DNA from: Takakia lepidozioides
Taxonomy: Eukaryota > Plantae > Bryophyta
Reading direction: 5' to 3'
Assembly: GCA_030704615.1 (NCBI GenBank)
Contig: CM060732.1
Span: 3,038,001 to 3,102,000 of the forward strand
Length of the DNA: 64,000 nucleotides
A model generated the notes under the pieces. The model was not told where the DNA came from, ran no database searches, and saw only the letters and a list, made by a program, of their open reading frames with translations. The position numbers and the translations under genes were made by a program. The stretch's first letter is position 1, and every line of letters starts with the position of its first letter. Positions 47,151 through 61,789 of this stretch are shown here, one piece after another.

Positions 47151-49695
47151 AGGGGCACCCGTTGGTATACAGATGGGGACAGAAAGAGTCGGTAAGATGG
47201 CGATGGGAGAGAGAGAGGAGAAGAGAGGAAAAGATCCTACAGAAAACATACTAACATGCTTTATTCTTTGAGTGGTAAAGATTTCAAACTCAAGAATGAG
47301 GAAAATGCAACAATGGTTGGTATTCGTGTGTTGTTATCTGTTATCCCCACAGAGAATTGAGCATTGGTGGAGAAATTTGTGGGTGCGCGTCGTCCCTTTT
47401 TTATAAAAATGCTTTTCAGGCAATGGAGCGTGATGGATACTGGATAAAACTGATCCACGGCCAAGGGAGTCTTTTTTGTGTGTGTACATTCCAATAATTC
47501 AAGTTGTTGTCAGTGAATATATTAGTGTCTGGAATAATCACAGGGTGCGACGGCTGAATGAGAATGGCGATTCCGGCACTCTCGTGTCCCTGCGAGGTAT
47601 TTAAGAGAGTTTGAGCATGGTTGGAGGCGTCACCTTCTAGAGGACCCCGATGGCCCGGTCCACCCTAGTGCCATTGGCACACAAGACCCTGGTCCACGGG
47701 GGCCACAGCACTGGCGAGATAGGAGAGCCTTGCTTCCTGATCTTCCAAAGTCAAGGGCTGAATTGACAGCTAATTTGGCCGAATTACACGATCAAGCATA
47801 ATATGGGAGCCGGGTAGACAGGCTACAGGACTCAGTGGCGCCTTTCATTGCTATCTGTCACGTTATTGCCACCTGGCCATGTCACAACATGTTTATCTTG
47901 ATCAGCTACAGCTAATTGACGATTCCAACCTGAGCCGGGAAGCTTTGTGATGCTTGGTTGATCTAGCCAATGCCTGATGACAATGCATGTGGTAGGTGCA
48001 TATCCCACATCTCTTGATGTACCTCTTGATGTACCCTTGTTTCTACCCTTAGTAATTACTACGTCCTGCAGTTTGAACTAATTGCCAGATTTGGTATAAG
48101 GGCCCGTGGCTTCATGTACTGTACTTCATGACTTGATCATCCACAGTGTAGCAGACAACAACAAGAGTCTAATCAAGAAAGTCCTCAAGGAACGGCCCTA
48201 CCTGATGCAAAGGATTTAAAGAGGGAAATTGATGCTTACACTAGGCAAGGCCCCTCACTTCCTCCCGTTTTTGCGTCAGTTTATGAAAGAGGCTAGAAGT
48301 AGTCAACGCTCTTGACAACCATCTCCATGTCACTTTCTTTGCAGTGCAAGTAAGGCGACAACAACTGACTTAAGCCAGAGGTCCATGAAGCTGACAAGGA
48401 GACAAACGATGAGTGCAGTGCTTTCCTTTTTGGGCTAGTTTACTGCGGGGGGATGGCCTTGTTGCCTATGTTCTAGGTTTACAGGGTACTCATGATTATC
48501 ACTCCCCTATGCCCTGGGAGAGTGTTTGGGAAGATCTTCTTGCTGTTGGCAAGGAGGTTAGAGGGCTGAAAATATTTTTAAGCACATGTTGTCACTGACA
48601 ATAAATTGACAGAGATCCGGGTAGTATCAGGGATTCCATAGAAGCGACGGATGGAAGGCATTTGTGTCTGGGAGTCCCTGGGGGAGTATCCAACACATTA
48701 AATAGGTCTGTTTGGCCTCTCTCTTTTGGCTTAGCTACCAACAAGAAGGCCACTTGAATCAGTTCAGGCAATTGACATCTTTGCAGCTTTGAACCATGAA
48801 ACTTATATATGGACTGGAAGTTTGTGGCACTGTTTTGGCTTTTTATCAATGGAAGGGTATGCCACAACTTTCCGAGTGTACCTTTAAGGAAATACTTGGC
48901 TCTACACGAAAGTAGTTCTACTTGAAAATTAGTTATTTGTTGGAATCTGTTTAGAATGGGTGCAGATGTACTTTATAGCAATGAAAAGCTTCAAGTTGAA
49001 TTGAAAGACACTACATGGTATCTGTCAGAGGTAATAGGAGAGAATAGCGGAAACCACAACAACCTGTCATACAGTTTGAGTCTCAGGCTCTTATTCAGAA
49101 AGGAAATGTCAATCATTCAAGATCTCTTTGTGGATAAATCAATCAATGAGGAAGAGACACTTATGTTATCAGGAACAACAATCAAGAAACAATGAAACAA
49201 CCTCATAGTAACCAATTCAACGTGGAACCTCATAAAGGAAATGTCAATAATTTAAGATCTCTTTGTGGATTAATCAATCAATGAGGAAGAGGCACTTATG
49301 TGAGCAAGAACAACAACCATGAAACAGAAGCAGCCTCATTAGTCACTAATTCCACTTAGAGCCATTACAACATTTTGAAAAACAACACAATAGGCAATGC
49401 AAAACACAATGGGTTTCGCCTTCAACAACCTCATCTCTTAATGATGATGTTGCTTTGCCATTCAAAAGTTGTAATAAAATACAGATAAATCATATTCTTC
49501 TCCAGCCTCCAATCTAGCTTCAGCTTCAGCTTCATCTTGCTCATTGGCAAACCTGTACAATCATGCCACCAGAGTATTAACTTTCCCTTCCAGTCCACGT
49601 CCATCTCATTGAAAAAGCCATTTTATCCACTTCGTATTTTATATACTATATTATATTATATATTATATCATATCCACTTCTTGATATGTGTATTA

Positions 49696-50640
49696 TGTCA
49701 GTCTTGTTTTGTGGAGTGTCTTGGAACTTCTGTAACTTGTTTGTGACAGCTTCGGTCTTTGGCAGTGGCGTGCCTGCGTATTCAATTTTGCACAAATTCA
49801 TACATTCAGGTAAGAGAGAAAAATTATCTTGTCTTCATTACATCCTTCTTGAATTCTTCCCACCTGGTACGTGAGAACATGGAGGGGATGAATGCTGAAC
49901 TTAAATAAATGCATAACACCAATTCAAGCAATTCAGCTATTGCTCTTTGGGTACTTGATAATTCAGCTATTAGCTTTCATTTGCAGGTTTGAAATTTGTT
50001 ATCACCATGTCATCTTGGTAGTGGTGCATCCTGGTAGTGGTGCGTGATTAACTAGACAAGTTCAGATGGGAAGAATTCAAGAAGGGTTTATGATGACGAG
50101 ATAATTTTGCTCTCTTACCTGAAAGTATGTAGGCATATTGCTGCCAGAGACCAAAACTGTCACGAGGCTGTCACAAACAGGTTACAGAAGTTACACAAGA
50201 CAAAGGAGCTCCACGAGATACATTCCACATCAAGGTACATTTCAAACTTGCAGATAAAAACTAATAGCTGAATTATCAAGTACCCAAAGAGCAATAGCTG
50301 AATTGCTTGAATTGGTGTTATGTAATGAAGACAAGATAATTTTGCTCTCCTACCTGAATGTATGAATTTGTGTAAAATTGAATATGCAGACACGCCACTG
50401 CCAAAGACCAAAGCTGTCACAAACATGTTACAGAAGTACAAGACACAGGAGCTCCACAAGGTACATTTCAGATCAAGGTACATTTCAAACCTGCAGATGA
50501 AAACTAATAGCTGAATTATCAAGTACCCAAAGAGCAATAGATGAATTGCTTGAATTGGTGTTATGCCTTGATTTAAGTTCAGCACTCGTCCCCTCCATGT
50601 TCTCACGTACCAGATGGGAAGAATTCAAGAAGGATGTAGC
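49696..50640. repeat. Complex fold-back (inverted duplication with internal tandem copies)
   Basis: 49696-49996 recurs as permuted reverse-complement blocks in 50065-50640. A nearby ~100-bp direct duplication lies at 49100 and 49236. Confidence 0.75.
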
Positions 50641-53626
50641 CATGGAAGACATGGAAGAAGACATGGAAGACGAGCATCCTCCTATAGTACGAATGGCCGA
50701 ACTTCCATCTCCAATTCAATAGGCAGGTCAGGGATTTGCTTACCCACCAATTTTTGGACAATCCAGCCGGAGAGGACCTCAGGACTAACAACAGTCAACT
50801 TAGTGCCTCTAGACGACAACATTCAGCACGAGCAACACGCATTATGAGCCGAACTATTTATACTTTGTCGAGGGCTGCAGTATGGACTTGCAAAGACGGC
50901 TTTACTTTTTCCATGGTGGCCTCTTGGCCTCCATACGTACCCTTAGTCATTGTTTCACAGCCTGCAATATCAAGATGGGGTGGGTATATGTAGTACCCTA
51001 CTCCATATGCTCGCACATCCATCGAGTTCACAATAGCGGAGGCCTTTTCTAGGCTACCCCAATATCAACACACCCGTGGAACTTCGTTTTCATGACTTTT
51101 TAATAAGCGCCCCAGAAGACCAGAAGGAACAGGCTCGGAGAGGGGCTTCAAACTCCACCCCTTTGCTCCTACATGTCAAAGTCCATTTGATGCAGTCCCA
51201 ACGAACACCTACATTGTATATTGTCCAGATCCTGTCGTTCTACCTAGGGCAACAATTACCTCCTACACTTTTATGTTGAATGTAAGTAGGGATGATGATC
51301 AAGATCACCGTCCTCTAAGAGGAGCAGCACCAACAACACCAAATCCTTCTTTGCACCAAACATCAACCCTTGGAAATGCTCCTACAAATTCTAGAAGTAG
51401 CCATACAAGGCCCCTCCCGGCTCTGCCCTGACATCTTGGTTATCCATGGCACTTGCCCCGCCCCCCCCCGGTCACACTGCGCCTGATCTCCAAGGTTGCA
51501 AAGTACTGTTGATGACATGCAATCCATCGTTCCTGTAGTGTGTCAAGGGAGATGAAATGATATGTTGATGGAATAGGACTTGTACTGGCGGGTGCTGGAG
51601 TGGCCCACATGGAGGATGTTGATGTAGTGGGCGGTGTTAGAGTGGGGTGAGGTATTGATGTTGAGGTGAGGTATGCAAGAGCCGCCATCACAAGGGAAGT
51701 CACTTCCAGGTCGACATAGTTTTGGCAGTGACTATTGAATCTCACAATTGAAGAGACATCTTGTAGCTACAGCATGACATAGGAAATCAATGTTCTTCTA
51801 TCTGCATACTCTTCAGCCACCAAACTCATGAGACATGGTGTCCATTAAAATACCTGGTCCAACTCTTGTCAGATCAATTGCGGAGCTTCTGTCAAGTCGG
51901 TGTAACTAAGAGCCACTTCGCCTCACGGCTACTGCCCCCTTTCGGGGATGGGCCCTATAAAGAAAACAGGTGTCCGGGGGATACCGGGTAACCATGGGAT
52001 GGTGGTACCCAAGGGTACCCTAGGGTACCAAAGAGGGATTGGATTCAAGTTGTCGCTTACTAGTAATAAAAGCTACTAGAAGGCAGTAGCCCTTGTGGTG
52101 AAGAGATACCATAATTTACGCCCCCCATGAGGAGGCAAAAGCCGACATCTTTTGGAAAGCTTTCGACGCTTATGCCATTGAGGCTGAATCAAGTGACAGA
52201 CCTATCTATCGCACTTTGTGCAACAGAAGATAGCTTCGCAGAGGCGTAATGAACTCCAAGGCAGAGCTGTCCAATCTTTGCAGACACCCTGCACTCGCAA
52301 TGTACGCCCAAGTGTAGACATCCGCCGGGCATCTGAGCTGAAACCTCGCCCATTTTGGCAAGAACATGATACTTTTGAGGAGTCAATGCAAACGAGTGCA
52401 TGCTTGGACCAAGCATATGCACTCATTTCTTTTTGGTGGAGGAGGGCTAGCTCTAGGTGTTTGGAGCCTATAGGATGTAGACAAGATCATTGACAATCCT
52501 GCTTTCATAGATTTCACCGAGCCAAACTCCGCTTGATGTGTCGCATAGAGAAAATGACACAACTAGATGAGATTGAGGTTTTGGAGGAAAGGGGGAAGGT
52601 TAAGGACGCCCTCCTTGCTTATCAAAAAGCCTATTTGAATCACGTTCTCTACAGTTACACGAACTCTGAGCGCCCTACAAAACACATCATGGTTTGTATT
52701 CCATATTCCCTGCGTCTTTGACATGCTCAATTCATCTACCTATATATGATGGATCCATGAAGAACGACGTTTGGAAAGGGTTTTCAACTCCGATGGTCCC
52801 GAGAATTTACAAGCTATTACAAGGTACCTAATCATAATTTGTCACCAAGTTTGATGAATGGTTAATGTTAGCAACGGCACCAAATTACAAGGTCACCAAC
52901 TAATTGGTTTTCTATTTTCTTCATTGGTGGATAAATCACAATTTCGCCTTAGGGGCTGTTCGGATGAGAAACGCCACCTAGCCATCCAAGTTTGAAATGG
53001 AAAAACACTTATTAGTTCCCTTTGATGATTTTCATCCAAGTTTTTAGTTTATTTTTATTTTATTGCTTGAAACATTAAGGCTCCCTCTAGTTTAAATTAG
53101 TTTAATCTTATTTCCCACTATTTTATTAGGCCCAAAAGTGGTATAAAAGAAGGGCAAGGCTTTCTTGTTCTTCACCTAGTTTCATTTGCTTGTATCTTAC
53201 TTTTGTTGTTGTTGTCTAGCTTGGTAGTATGGCTAGAGGGAGCCTAGGTCCTAGAGGGTAGAGCTAGAGCTATCTAGTATTATGAAAGCATTGTAAAGCT
53301 AAGGGAGAGGTCCTAGCTCATTGGAGGCCATCGAGCCATTTTAGTAGTGATAGAAGAGGATTTGCGAACGCCAAGGTGTATAGTGGGGGGTTGTTATTTC
53401 ATGAGCGGCATGAGAAAAAAAAGCATGAGCGGACCATTGTGTGTCCACGGAAATAAGGTTAGGAAGCACGGTAATAGGGTTAGGAGGCACGGAAATAGGG
53501 TCATATGAAGTTGGATTTTGGCACCAGTGGACTCGTCATAGCAATGAAATGCAACATTTTATTGCAAATTTTGTGGCAAGCCACATCTATACAAATGTGT
53601 CCTAACTGTCATAGCCGGAATGGGCA

Positions 53627-55985
53627 CTACTCTCCTACACCCTCCGAGGAACTTGCCCCGCCTTCCTCCTCATCCCCCTCATCCCCCTCATCCCCCCCAT
53701 CCTCCGAGCTTTGTGATGCATCAGTTCCACTATGCCTCTCAAAAATTCCGTCCTCTCCTTGGGGGATTGTCCACCTCACCTCCTGGGAACCTTCTGCCTC
53801 TTCTCCCCCACTTTCCTCAGCATAATCCAAGACAAATCTACGAGCCTGACGGGCTCTAATAGCTGTTGCCTCCTCCCTCATCTTCATTTTCTTGAGGCTT
53901 GCCTCATCTAAAATCTGTTGTACACGACTAGGTTCGGAAGACCTCCTAATGGACACCGAAGCAAGCCGGGCAGCATAAGTAGGAAGGATGTAGTCCCTTT
54001 CTGGACTAGGCATGAAATCCCCCCTGGCAAAAAAAAGGCACGTTCCTCCTGCCCATGAACTGCGGTGTAGACGTCCCTCCTGCAGTACTTGGCATCCTGC
54101 AGTAAGAACAAATCCACTTTAAGAATGTCAATACCAGGAGAAGCAAAAAAGGGTCTTTCAATGAAATAAGAGAGCGAAGGGAGGTGCCTCACGAATTCAG
54201 GAGGCAACTTACAATGCGACCACTCACTCGTAAACTGGGGGCTCCTCGGCCTCGATCCCAACTTGTACCTCCCCCTGCTCCTTGTCGGATTCTTCCTCAT
54301 CCTCCGAGGATGCCTCTTCCTCTTTTGGCAGACGTTCAGCCGCTGCAAGTTCGGAGTTGTGGAGGGCAGTATCTGGCTCGAAGGCGAAGACATACCTGTC
54401 GGACAACGTCCCTACCCACATTGAGGCACCTGAGGGACAAAGCGGGCGGTTAGTAGCATGCGGCATGCAATTGCAATCGGGCCAGGGGACAAACTGTGCA
54501 CGTGAACGCTTACCTGTGCCGCATGTGAGGTCAAGAATCCGCCCTTGGATATCCGAGCACATCTCCATGAGGGTTTGGATGAAAGCAGGGCTCCGGGTCT
54601 GGCTGTACCGCCACGGTTTGCCTGTCTTTGTGTCCTTCGGCATACTGGAGTGGGGCACATAGTTGTAGAGGACATCGTAGGTAACAGGGTCCACAGCGGC
54701 ATCAACAAGACGACCGTCGTTGCGGAATTTGAACGTAGACCCTCTCTTCACAAACAATATGCCTCAAACACCAATGTCTGCACATCCAACAAAAGAGGGA
54801 TCAACTCCAGGGTCTAGTTCAGATACACCACAATATGAAGTGAATGCAATAGATTGATAACTTACACTCTGGCCCTCTGTTCGCAACCCCTGCGTATTGA
54901 TGCAGAACCATTTTTTGAGGAGGACCGGGGTGACATTTTTCGGTGTCCACCTTGCCACAACATTGTCTGTGGTCTTCCCTCTTGTGGCAAGGACCACCAT
55001 ACATCCACCGTCATCCAGGAGCATCCCCGCCAGCCCAAACCCGGCTCTCCAGTAGTCCTCAGTAAACCTGTTCCAGGTGGGCACACCATCCAGGCCCTCC
55101 AGCAGCTCCCCATCTGGAATATCGAGGAGAATCATATTGCAGGCTCTCTCCACCTCAACCCCACCCCGAGTGCTCTTGCAATCCGTGCTCACAGCCGTGA
55201 AGAATTCCATCATGGATTTGAAACCAGGGGTGTATTTAGGCTCTGTACTGGGAGCCCTCTTCTTGGCTTTCCCCTTCTGCTCCTCCACAGACTTGCTATG
55301 TGCCACCTTCTTCGCCCTGGCAGCCAGAGCGTCAAGGAAGCTCTCATTGACACATTGGATGATGGTTGGGGGTTCTAGCTTTGGCCTCTTCGGAAACGTC
55401 ACCGCCGAATACCGCCGTGTAGGCTCGCCCTCAAATGCCAACTTCTTGGCAGAGCCAGTCCCAGACCGAACTGACTTGGGAACCCGGACGACCGGTGACT
55501 TGGTAGCAACAGTCGCAGGACCTTGCACAAAGTCGTCGTTGGAGTCACTCCCTTGGGGCCCCTCCTGCGCCTCCTCTGGTGCCCCGGTGGTTTTCTGTTT
55601 TTTGGGGGTTACTGTACTCCCTTGTTTCCATGTCCTTTTCTTTTGTCCTTTATTCTTCTCATTCAATTTCTCTTGAATACCTGCCTGAGCAAGCTCTGCC
55701 GCTTTCCTGGACTGGGCAAGCGCTCTCGCTTCCTTTGGACCCAGCGGAGGCAGCGGAGCCCGGTTTCGTCGAGCCTCAACATCCAGCTTCAATTGAAACT
55801 CGGATGGGTCGAGCGAGCCGGGCGGAAGGTCCACATACCAAGGGCAGTCGCGCAAATGTTCCAGATGCCACTCTTTCACGATGACGTCGGTGTACATGGA
55901 GTCAGCCCCAGGGTTCCTCCATGCGAGGAAGAATGGCGGCTCGAAGGACAGATGTCCTTTCTCAAAAAGGGAGAACTTGCAGCAC
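53627..55985 (-). pseudogene. 3' half of a third, more diverged ParB-MTase cargo gene (C)
   Basis: Exons 55985-54866, 54777-54514, 54429-54228 and 54096-53627. Motifs: LRDCPWYVDLPP; MILLDIPDG...WNRFTEDYW...LLDDGG; RSPAFIQTLMEMCS...ILDLTCGTG|ASM...FAFEPD; YILPTYA. Two frameshifts. Confidence 0.8.
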
Positions 55986-56052
55986 CTACATTCAAGAAAC
56001 ACACAGAATGAGGTCCCGGGAACGAGGTAAATTTTAGGGAATGAAAATGACT

Positions 56053-56362
56053 AGGCCCGGAACTGGAAATTCCGGTTTCGGTGCTTGCCACACTAGGGGC
56101 CCTGCACTGGAAAACCGGCGCCATTTTCCCAGGTTGGGGCCGAATATGCCTAAGTCCCAGAACTCACTGGGCCCGGAACTGGAAAAATGGCACCGAATTT
56201 CTTGTTTCGGTGCCTGCCTCTAAAGGGACTTAGCCATTTTCGGGGCCGTTCTCTGGAAATTCGGCGCCATTTTCCCTGGTTGGGCCCGAAAATGGCTAAG
56301 TCCCAGAACTGACTGAGCCCGGAACTGGAAAAATGGCGCCGAATTTCCGGTTTCGGTGCCTG
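56053..56362. repeat. Palindromic repeat array (GGAAAWWYGGCGCCRWWTTTCC-like) in the intron upstream of gene C's first preserved exon
   Basis: Four GGCGCC/GGCACC-centred imperfect palindromes plus repeated GGCCCGGAACTGGAAA, in a ~150-bp higher-order unit. Confidence 0.75.
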
Positions 56363-58065
56363 AGCAAAGATAAAAACAACATTATTTGGATGAAATATGG
56401 TATTTGGATATACTATTTGGATGAAATATAGTATTTGCTCTAGAATCTTGATTTAGTTGGCGCCGACTTATAGGTTTTTCTTTTAAAAAAAAGAAAAAAC
56501 TGATTTTTTGTGTTCATACCACGTTGGATGTGGTTGTGGGTTCAAACCACGGTCTGGTGTGTCATGAAGGTGTCCACCTTCCTAGCGGAAGGCAGTAGCC
56601 TTCGGGGTGAAGTGACTCCATCAGTTACGCTTCCTTCGGGAGGCGTCATACATTTCATGGCCGCCAGTATCAATTGTTAGCTCAGCATGCTTGTACTGCT
56701 GACATTCCAGGTACTGTTCATGTTTCTCAAGTCTAGTTCCTTGTACTTTAACCTGTGATCTAACGTGTTTAAATGTTGAGTTCATTTCTGAAATCGTTGA
56801 GTTCATATCTGAAATCGTTGTGTCCTCTAAGGTATATTATGTCTTCTCAGCAAACAAGCTTTGCTGGCTACTATCCCCTATTTCAAGCCGTCCCGGAAAA
56901 GGAAGGGGAATAATCCTCTGTAGCCGGAATATGGCTTCACACAGTGGTCCTGAGAGAAACTTTATTTGGGATTATTAGAGGGATTTTTTTTTAAAACCTC
57001 GATTACACCATGGGGCACACACTGCGTAGACAGTGAAACAACAAATTTTACTTCTCCATATGCTAAGTAATTGAAGAACTATCCAGGCCTTGGGGCCTTT
57101 CCCGAAGAACGTGACTGTGAACCAGAATGTGCCTCTCTGAAGAGTTCACTCTAGAGCATAGCCTATGAATCAATGGTGAAGGAAGTATTCATTAGCGGAA
57201 CTGGAGTCTGGATGCTTTGGAGGATTGTTTGGCGTGTTTCCAATTAATATCTGTGTCAAATTTTGGCGAGGTGGTGGATGGTACCACGGAGGTCTCTCCA
57301 GTTGCCGGTATGAACTATAGCTGATAAATGATGGTATTGTGAAACATGATTACACTGGACTTAAAAGCAATAAATATTGGTTTATGGTTAGTCCAATATG
57401 CTTTCGTAACACCAGATTTACATTGTTGATTTTGGGCATTGGTCTAAATGTGATCTAATTGTGAGACATATATTGAGGTACTTTCAGAAAATTGCAACTT
57501 CATATTGTTTGAATTCATAAATTGGTTTAGTTGTTTGTAGATGAAGAATTATATTATAAGATGTCTATAGTGAAATCCCCTATGATGATGGTAGGACAAA
57601 AGTGATGAATTTTATCAATGATAGTTTACAAAAGAAGATAAAAAAGGTAGTTAATGAAAGAGATGGAGGTTTATGTATTGCAATAATGTGAATAGCTCTT
57701 CATGTTTGTGCGGTGAAAATTACTGCTAGTGCATGTGTGGGTAATACCCTTACTACCAAAACCAAATGAGCCTGAGGTCCGCCAACTGACCCTCCGCCTT
57801 CAAGGCCAGAAGCTGGTCTTGGATATCATGGCGAAATGTAGTCAGTTCATGAACAATGGACGACACTGACTCTTCTGCACTACCTCTCACCCCCAATTCC
57901 ACGTCACTACATTCAACCCTTTGGCAATCACTGGAAAGGTGAGTGTGCTGGGGAGTGCCAGTCATGGCCAAACCAGCCTTAGTAGCTTTGAGACGTATCC
58001 GTGCTTCCACTAACTCCACCATTTCATCCTCAGTGGTATATGTCTGTTTCTGAAGATAAACTTTC

Positions 58066-58569
58066 TCAGCAGGAGGTAGCCCCTTGATGAAGCTTTAGAA
58101 TAGCAGCCCTTTCTGAGGGAATGCTGACAAACTTACACACTGCTGTCCTCAAATCAGAATAGTATTTCCACAAACTGTCACTATACTTAAAAATGAGGTC
58201 AGAATTGGTGTAAGCTATAGGTTCTTCAGCACGAAACAACTTATAAGCCAGGCTTCTTGCTGCATCCCAGGTGAGTTCACCCTTGTCCTTGATGCTAGAC
58301 TCAAAAATTTGGCGGGCTTCACCTTTTAGACAGACCCGGAATGACTTGACTATAAACTTCTGGGGTACTGCGTTCATTTCTCTACTAATCTCAAAAAACT
58401 CCAAAAATGACTCGAAATCCTCCCCCACATCGTCTTCGGGGTATTGCTGCTTACGCATTTGTTCTCCAGAGTCAGCTTGCTTGACAACAACACTCATGGC
58501 ATTGTTTTGATTAATCAACATCTTCATGAGGGGTGGGCAATTAGAAATCACCCCCATGGCCTCAAACAA
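58066..58569 (-). mobile_element. Retrotransposon gag-like remnant
   Basis: EDFESFLEFFE...CLKGEARQIF...LTWD...LF, the capsid pattern of Ty3/gypsy gag. Confidence 0.55.
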
Positions 58570-59057
58570 TTCCTCACCATCAACTGCTGGTTCAGGGATG
58601 GCCTCAGGGCCTTTCTGCTTGGCATCTCCAGTCGACTGTCCTTGCTCTGTTTTATTTCTCTCACTAGTAGCTGTTCATTCCCTCTCCTCCGTTGCACGAG
58701 CTTCGAACTCACTCGGCCCAACCATTTCTTCAGTCTCTTTCTCTAGCATGGCTCTTGTAACCACAAACATAAGAAAAAAAAATGATTTTACTTGTCAGAA
58801 TTGGCACGGAGATACGTCTCCCAGTCAGCCACACAATGCAAGGTGATGTATCTGTGCTTGTGAAGCAAATACACACCCTCGCCAAGTGACTACCACACCA
58901 CTCTTTCTGTCTTGAACTAAAATGTGACGCAAATGATGGCTCGGAAATTTTTATCTTTAACCACTAGAGTATGAGCAGGATACCATTCAACTATGGCTGG
59001 ATTGCACAGCCCCACCATCTCTTGGCAGAAGTTCACACCTGGAAACACCACCACATA

Positions 59058-60694
59058 AGCGTTGATGGGGACATCAACCTTGGATCGTGGGGGAGGAAAT
59101 GCATGTTTAGTCCGGCTTAGCTAGCTTAGGAATCTGATTGCAAAAACTTGTGTTGTACAAATTTTGTTTATAAATGAAATGGTTTCCAAATGTTGTGCTT
59201 CCTATACCATTCCATGGCATGGTTGGCTAGTGTGTAGAATGCATGCTAGCTTACAAAATTGGGAGAGGTAAATTGGATTAATCGTGTGTTTACGCAGTGT
59301 CGAAATCGGGTGACTCCCATCCAAGGGGCAAGGAAACTTGCGCCTTCTTTGGGAGTTCACATGCTAGTGCGCACCTGGCGCGTGCGCGTACTATAACTGC
59401 GCTACCGAGGGGGTTGTCTTGTAGTGCGGGCTAACGCGGAAGCTACGTGCTTCCGTTCACGTACTATAATCGTGTAGCCTCGGGACGAAGTCGTAGTGCG
59501 GCTTCAGCGTGTTCCCGTACCTCAGGCCAGCATTCCAAGGCAGACCCAATTGTGGTGATTGGGGCGCACGGTTGATTCAAGGTTATCTTCCTAGTAAAAA
59601 AGGGTTCAAGGTGAACCCTTGCTCAAGGTGATGCCAAAAAGCGGCATCATGAGCGATTACAAGCAATGTTGTTGCAGTAAGGTGATTCGATCCTCGGGGA
59701 GGATCGTTCCTTGGCCTTAAAGTGGGCCAAGAAGAGTGCACTGGGTAGAGCTTGAGAGGCTCCACCTTCGGCCGGGACTTGGAGGAAGTTGGCCGAACTA
59801 GCTAGTGGAGAGTAGAGTCAAGTAGGGGTTTGGTTCTTTGTCATGGGACGCCATGGTACGGAAACAGACTCCTTGATGTGGGACGCCACAACTTGGATGT
59901 TAGTTTCTACAAAACGGACAAGTCGATGAGGACATCGACTCCCTGTTGGTAGGGATGTGTGTCGCGGCCCTTTGTCTTGAGGGCAGGGGGTCAGGACACA
60001 AGAGGGGCTGCCCATGTGGTGGGGGCAGTGGCAACAATAGGTATGGGGGCTGAAGCACTCTTGAGTGCCCAAGGCACTCAAGGAGGCGGAGGCGCTCACT
60101 AGGTAGAGCCCTACACACCGGGTTGCAATGGGGGTGGTTCCACGAGGGGTGGTGGTAGCTTAGTGGGTCTTAGTGGGTCTTAGTTGGGGTGGCATAGGAC
60201 TTGCCATGGGGCGGAGACCTTGTGGTGGGAGTCGTGGGGAGTCTTGGGACTCATCACGGTCCATTGGGGCCGTGGTGGATGGGCCAAGACTCACCGCGAC
60301 TCATCACTGGGAATCAAGGGTCTTCGTGGTGGTTTGCCATAAAATGACTATGTTGTTTGTGAAACCCCCGCAGACAGTCACAGAAGTATATATAGGGAGT
60401 AGTAACCCCGAGAACGGTGCAAGCCCGTTGGTGACCAAAAACTAGTGAGTAAGCGTGTGAGCTGGAAAGCGACCAAGTTGTGGGGAGCTGTTTCGGACTG
60501 CCAACAACCAAAGGGAATTTCCACTAGTCCCAAAGTGTTTGAGGGTCTCGTGGAGGAGCAAAGGGGGACCGTTATGCCCCGGTGAGCAGCCGAAGCTCCG
60601 AGTTGGCCCGGCGGCCAGTTTGGGAGTTAGGCGCGCGCATCAAAACGAGTAACTATGACTTGAGGGGGAGTTTACCGAAGGGAGGTGCGCGACA
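59058..60694 (+). mobile_element. Chromovirus 3' LTR (59100-60694) with PPT; internal region lost
   Basis: Reverse-complement match to 61790-63425. The PPT gggggaggaaa precedes TG, and the LTR ends ...GCGACA. Confidence 0.85.
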
Positions 60695-60722
60695 CCATTT
60701 ATCCAGCATTTGACTGGAGTGC

Positions 60723-61765
60723 ATGTACACGACGTGGAGTCAGAAAATATTTCGCCAGACGGGCAAGCCAGAGGCCGGCGGACGACGGGCGGTACGCTTC
60801 AGTTCTCCCCAGAACCAATATCCTCAAGGCCCTCGAATATCTCGACTCGCCAGCTGTATAATCCTCAGATCGATGCAAGAATGCGTGTTAACACGCATGC
60901 ACAAGGAGATTATTAATAATGATGAAGACGAAATGGTCAACAGGGTTGAGTCAGCATTTCATTCTGGAGGGCCAACGAATGCCTCTATTGACTTTACTTC
61001 CCAAGTCCAATATACCGGTGGGGATAGGCCTCTTGCGATGTCGGAGTTTTTTGAGTTGACACCCAGCCAAGTGGACTTCGTTCTTTCCGCAGACCTTATC
61101 ATGGGAGGTCTCCCGTTCCCCAGGGCTCGGCGCGCGACATTGCAACCATGCTTGTCGTCATTTCCTTGGGGAACACCAGTCCCCATAGTCACTCCAACTT
61201 TTTCACGGCTAGAAGACCTCCCTGTAATCGAGGACATCACATCTGCAGGAACCATACCAGACGCCGAACAAGAGGATGCATATTTGAGGCAATCACAGCT
61301 GTCTACAGTGGAGAACCTCACCCAGACGCAAACCCAGACAAGGACAATTGAAACAGAGCTTCCCACACCACAGTTACTTCTTGGACTCAAGGTTACAGTC
61401 ACGGAGGACAACTGGGAGCCTGATGTTGGACCCATTATCATCGGAGGAGGAGACAACGTATACGGCGGTTCTTGAGGGCTTACAGGAACTACTTTGCCTT
61501 CAGTTTGAAGGACTCGGGGGCACTGAAGGGTCAAGAAATTCACATTGAATTGGCCACTGACACCCCAATCTTTTGGAGACCTTATAGATATAGCGATATG
61601 GAGAGGTCCTTGATTCAGATGAGGACTCATGACCTATGGGAGGCTGGTTTGGTGGAGCTATCTGGTGGAGAGTATGCTTCAGCCACAATGATGTCAGCCA
61701 AGAAGGATGTCTATGGCAATTGGATGGAGAGACGTACGTGGGGGGATTACCGGCCTGTGAGGATT
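60723..61765 (+). mobile_element. Degenerate Ty3/gypsy gag-pol fragment (start of RT)
   Basis: IHIEL.TDTPIF.RPYRYS...LWEAGLVE...EYAS...KKD...R..GDYRPV. Confidence 0.75.
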
Positions 61766-61789
61766 TAGGTGTGAACATTGGACTATCTC

